Shown here piece after piece: positions 60,232-64,000 of a stretch of 64,000 bases of DNA (position 1 is the first letter of the stretch; every line of letters begins with the position of its first letter). Under the pieces are notes generated by a model. That model worked only from the letters and a program-made list of their open reading frames with translations, did not search any database and was not told the origin of the DNA. The stretch lies in NCBI GenBank assembly GCA_000708835.1, contig DF236951.1, positions 456,666 to 520,665 on the forward strand, written 5' to 3'. This DNA comes from Klebsormidium nitens (lineage: Eukaryota; Plantae; Klebsormidiophyceae). Made by a program: the position numbers and the translations under genes.

Positions 60232-61710
60232 TTATAGGAACTTGATTGCTCTAGACGGAAAGCGTCTGAAAGCGAAGTTGCGCGCAACGCTCGGAAATGT
60301 ACAAGTAAGGTTGAGTTAGCTGCGGTTTGCTGCGGAATGCAGAGCGCACAAATATAGCGAGACGGTCTTGGTGTCACTCAAATCGATTGAGTGACAAATC
60401 GATTGAACAGCCCGCCACGCGTTGATCCGCCACCTATCCTAAATTTGATTCTGAGTAGGAGTAGGTACATATAGGAACAGATTGAAGTGTTGAACCAGCA
60501 GACTCTTGTCCTCAGTCTGAAACAGTCCAATCTTGCTAGCGGGCTCGAATGAAAACGGTCCGGGCAGAAAGTTGGTGTATGGTAGCCTGACTCAGCTGCA
60601 ATCCGACTCGACGACCGCAAAGCCATGAAATTGCACGTTTGATATGAACATCCTTTGTTCGGAACACTCTTTTTTTAATTCACGGCACAACTTTGAGAAT
60701 ATGCGAACCGTCAATATCTTCCATATCCTTGAACGCGGGCGGCAGTTTGCACTGAGCCTGTGACAGTCACACAGCAACCATTGAATTGACGGACTCGTAC
60801 TTTCGAAGCAAGAGCGACGCATCGAAGCCATAAGCCGCTAACCTTTTATCGTGCATTCATTGAACTCAAACACGCCGCGCGTAATTAATTGCAAGATGAA
60901 CTTCTTCACTATTGACGAGCTCTAACGGTTTAACGAGGCAGGTCACCAGCCCCATTTATTGCACGGGTAATGAAGTATGTGCAAACGTTTGGATTTCTGT
61001 TCACTCCCGCGAAGGTTGTGATATAAAGTGATCTCGTGCACGTACGCACGTGTCAAACCATCCAAACTTCAGCAGGTTATGAGATCTGTTGCGCAACTGG
61101 CCAAGGTCGCACTAGCTTTCGCAGATCATCAAAAGGTCGCTCGAGAATCAGTCCTTTGATCTAAAATCGTTAATGAGACGGGTGCTTGACATCTTTAGGA
61201 ATGATTACACATTACCTCTGAGTACCAATTTATGGAAAAGAATCACCAGTATCTTACTCCGTCTTGTAAACAGGCTAGTAAGCAATGTCTATGCAACTAT
61301 CCCAATACCTGTAGTTTACAAAACACGGTGAAGCACTGGTCTATTGGTCCCGCCGCCCAGGAACGAACTCGCATGTAAAAGCTACGAAGCGCTGGTGGCT
61401 AAAGCGGATGATGAGCCACCAGCATGCTTTGACTGTTCTCGCTCAATTGATCTCCTTGTTGCTTCAGCGAATGATCAACCGACTACTCAAGCGCAGATCT
61501 CCCTTCTTGGAATGTTTCAGTGCGCCAGCTGGCACAAAAGGTTCAATGGATCTCGATCACACTCAAATTAACAACGATGCAACCTATGAAAGCTATGTAC
61601 TGTGCTCATGAGAACAACTGGAGTGCCCTTTGGATTGTATTGCAAGCTAGCTTCAACCTTCGACGGCATCCGCTTTAACACGAGTCGGTTCCCGAAGCCC
61701 GCCTCCCAAC

Positions 61711-63921
61711 TCAAGGAGAGCTGGTTGCCTTTGGCGCCCTGAACGCTTCCAGGATCCGCAGGCGGGCGCCAATTGCCTGCACGCCCGCCTCCTTGAGTTG
61801 CTCAGGCGTCATGGTGGACAGAATGTCGACCGTCACCTCTGCCTGAGAGACGCGAATCCGAGAAGGAAGTCAGCACTGGCGGCAGCGTGCCTCAAAGCGG
61901 TTTCGCCGCTTGCTGAACAGACCAAGTGTTAAGTCAATCTGTTCGACGGCTGCTAGAACCGAGCTGTAAGCAATATTTCAACGAGGAAAGCATGCTTGTG
62001 AATTCATAGCTTCGAGCTTCCTAGTCCGCTTCCAAAATCTGGGTTTCACGATTTTATTTACTGTTCTGCAGAACCTTAAACGGCGTTCAAGGAACCGGAG
62101 AGAACTCAAAGACCCTAAAGTCGGACGAGTCCTGCCCTCTCAACTAACACCACTAAGAGTTGCGTACGTTACGAGATGTGAGGTTGCTGCCAAGCGTTGA
62201 GGGGGCCTTTTCAAACCGCCAATCTACGACAGCCACTCGAAAAGAAGTGGCCTCGCGACCATGCTTCACCGATGTCCTCCTCAGCTCTGAAAAACCGGCA
62301 TCCTTTTCTGCAATTCCGGCAGGACTCGAATAGTAATATGTAAACAGCGGGGACCACTATGCCCAGAAGATGTTCGCATGCCTTACCTCCTCGAGAACGC
62401 TCGCGTAGCGCCCCAGGCCCATCCCGTCCAGCATCTCAAAGAGTCCGGGTGGGTCGCCTAACCCATCCGGTACGCCTAACCCCGTTTTCCATTTCATCCC
62501 GTCCTCCTGTGGCAGAGTGTTCTGCCCGCTTGAAATCTGTTGGGCCCCCACGTGGCCCAGACCGGCCGACGGCCTAGGCACGGCCACGTGGCTCGAAAGT
62601 GTTCCGGAAGAGGCGCGCTCTCGCCCGTTCCGTTTAGCGCCTGAGCTGTCACGACCGGGAAGATTTTCACCGTGCTCTCGTCCACGTGGACCGTGCGTAC
62701 CAGGTCGAGACTGTCGGTCCGGGGGTCTGTATTCTCCTCCGCAGCCATTCCGCTGAATGTTCCGCTCGCCTTCAGCGGAATCTGGCCCAGGAGCACTGAA
62801 CCGAGGCTTCGTCTTGGGGGGGTGCGGGTCCGGTCCAGCTTTCTCCCCCACCTCGGAGCTGGCCCGCCTCCACCGCTGACGTCATCTGAAACGTAGCCGC
62901 TCGGCAGCTCCTGAGTGGACTCGTGATCCTGCTCTTTCTGGGGCCCCTCGCTTTTGAACCTGGAAGTCTTGCGACTTGGCCCTTCGAGCGACTGCTTCAG
63001 AAGCGGCGAGACCCAAGGGGGCGGTGAAGCCAGGTCGGTTATCGCCACGTGCCTTTTCAGGGGATCGGGGGACGAGTCGGAGCGCGCGAGCGTCGGGCGG
63101 CTGTCCTCGCGCAGCGCCTGCAGCCCGGCCTCGTATTCGCCGTACTTCAGCAGGAAGGTCTCCATCGGTCCTTTGCCCTTGATAATGCGGCGGCCGACCT
63201 GTATTAGGACACGTGGCGGGCGCTTATTTGTTGGAAAAAGAGTGAAGCTGCTGAAAGGGTGCAGGCGAACACGAATCGTGACGATGAAAGCGCTCAGTCT
63301 CCTGAGAAGCGGTCGCATTATACCTGTAAATCTCAACCCAACCGCATCAAAGCTTCCACTTCTCGTTGGTTGCAAACATCGCTTCAAGTGGATCAGCTCC
63401 AATGTCGGACGCAAGAACAAGCTTGAATCACGAAGTCCGCTAAGTAATTCCTCAAGTTTCCTGACATGAGAGTTTGAGCCAAGCAAGACTTCTTCGTTTG
63501 AAAGAAGTTCGAGTCACCAGCCCTATCCTTGTCTTTGAAAAAAAGGGCGTCTCCCGCATAGCTCCGCAGCGTCCTCAAAGCTGCTGCACCGGTCTTTTGG
63601 TCGCTACCAGAATGGCTGCAATCTGGGCGACCGACGGGGTGCGCTGCGGGCGTCGAAGTCGCCGGCCTCACGAACTCTTTCAAGATTCCCAGTAGGATGC
63701 GCGCTCTTCAGTGACCCCAATGCTCCAAAACACAAGGACCCGAAAGCTCCGCAAAGCAAAGCTAGCTTCTCACTGGTACAAATTCGAATGCGTCGCGCAG
63801 CGCTCGTACGTCGTCATGCTGGTGTGGATGCTCATTGGGAACCCGTTGCTCTCCATGCGGCTCGCGGTGTTGACTGTGTCGCCGAAGAAACAGTAGCGCG
63901 GGCACTTCGTCCCGATGACAC
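61711..63921 (-). CDS. 3' part of a class III nucleotidyl (probably guanylyl) cyclase with a C-terminal SAM domain
   Basis: Exons 63921-~63773 ([25 protein letters not shown]), ~63198-62701 ([17 protein letters not shown]; exact acceptor unresolved), 62506-62387 ([19 protein letters not shown]) and 61842-61711 ([34 protein letters not shown]..stop). The 5' part is outside the window. Confidence 0.88.
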
Positions 63922-64000
63922 CTGGCCGGATAAAGTGAAAGCTTTCAGATTCTTCGAAAATTGTTGTGTGTTTCAAAGCTAGCAAATTCGTTCCGACAGG

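Noticed and set aside
17379-63921. Functional cluster of cNMP-binding protein, histidine kinase and cyclase
   Set aside because: The genes are separated by tens of kb and unrelated loci. Eukaryotic neighbourhood alone gives no evidence of a shared pathway.

Overview
Intron-rich eukaryotic genomic DNA with GT-AG introns, GC-rich exons, recurrent CTGAC branch-point-like motifs and three N gaps. The gene content fits a streptophyte green alga such as Klebsormidium; this is inference, not verified. Exon phases were checked by hand. Five genes are supported. (1) The 5' ~1,890 codons (19 exons, minus strand, 15897 to 165, running off the left edge) of a giant HERC1-like protein with SPRY, two CUB-like domains and an 8-Cys motif. 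(2) A two-domain cyclic-nucleotide-binding protein (+, 17379-21862). (3) A 13.6-kb secreted-protein gene (-, 37918-24323) built from a signal-peptide exon, two extensin-like Pro-rich exons, 13 tandem ~70-codon Cys-rich phase-1/phase-1 exons and a terminal half module. It arose by a two-unit internal duplication and carries frameshifts, a stop codon and an inverted exon fragment. (4) An AHK1/CKI1-type hybrid histidine kinase (+, 52143-60231). (5) The 3' end of a class III, probably guanylyl, cyclase with a C-terminal SAM domain (-, 63921-61711, 5' part outside the window). The interval ~38-52 kb is gene-poor, with decayed ORF fragments, minisatellites and gaps. The most unusual element is gene 3. 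Its Cys spacing suggests alternating hevein-like and knottin-like domains, the knottin-like domain appears to be assembled across each splice junction, and the lesions in the two duplicated units are complementary. No rRNA, tRNA or CRISPR array was recognised.
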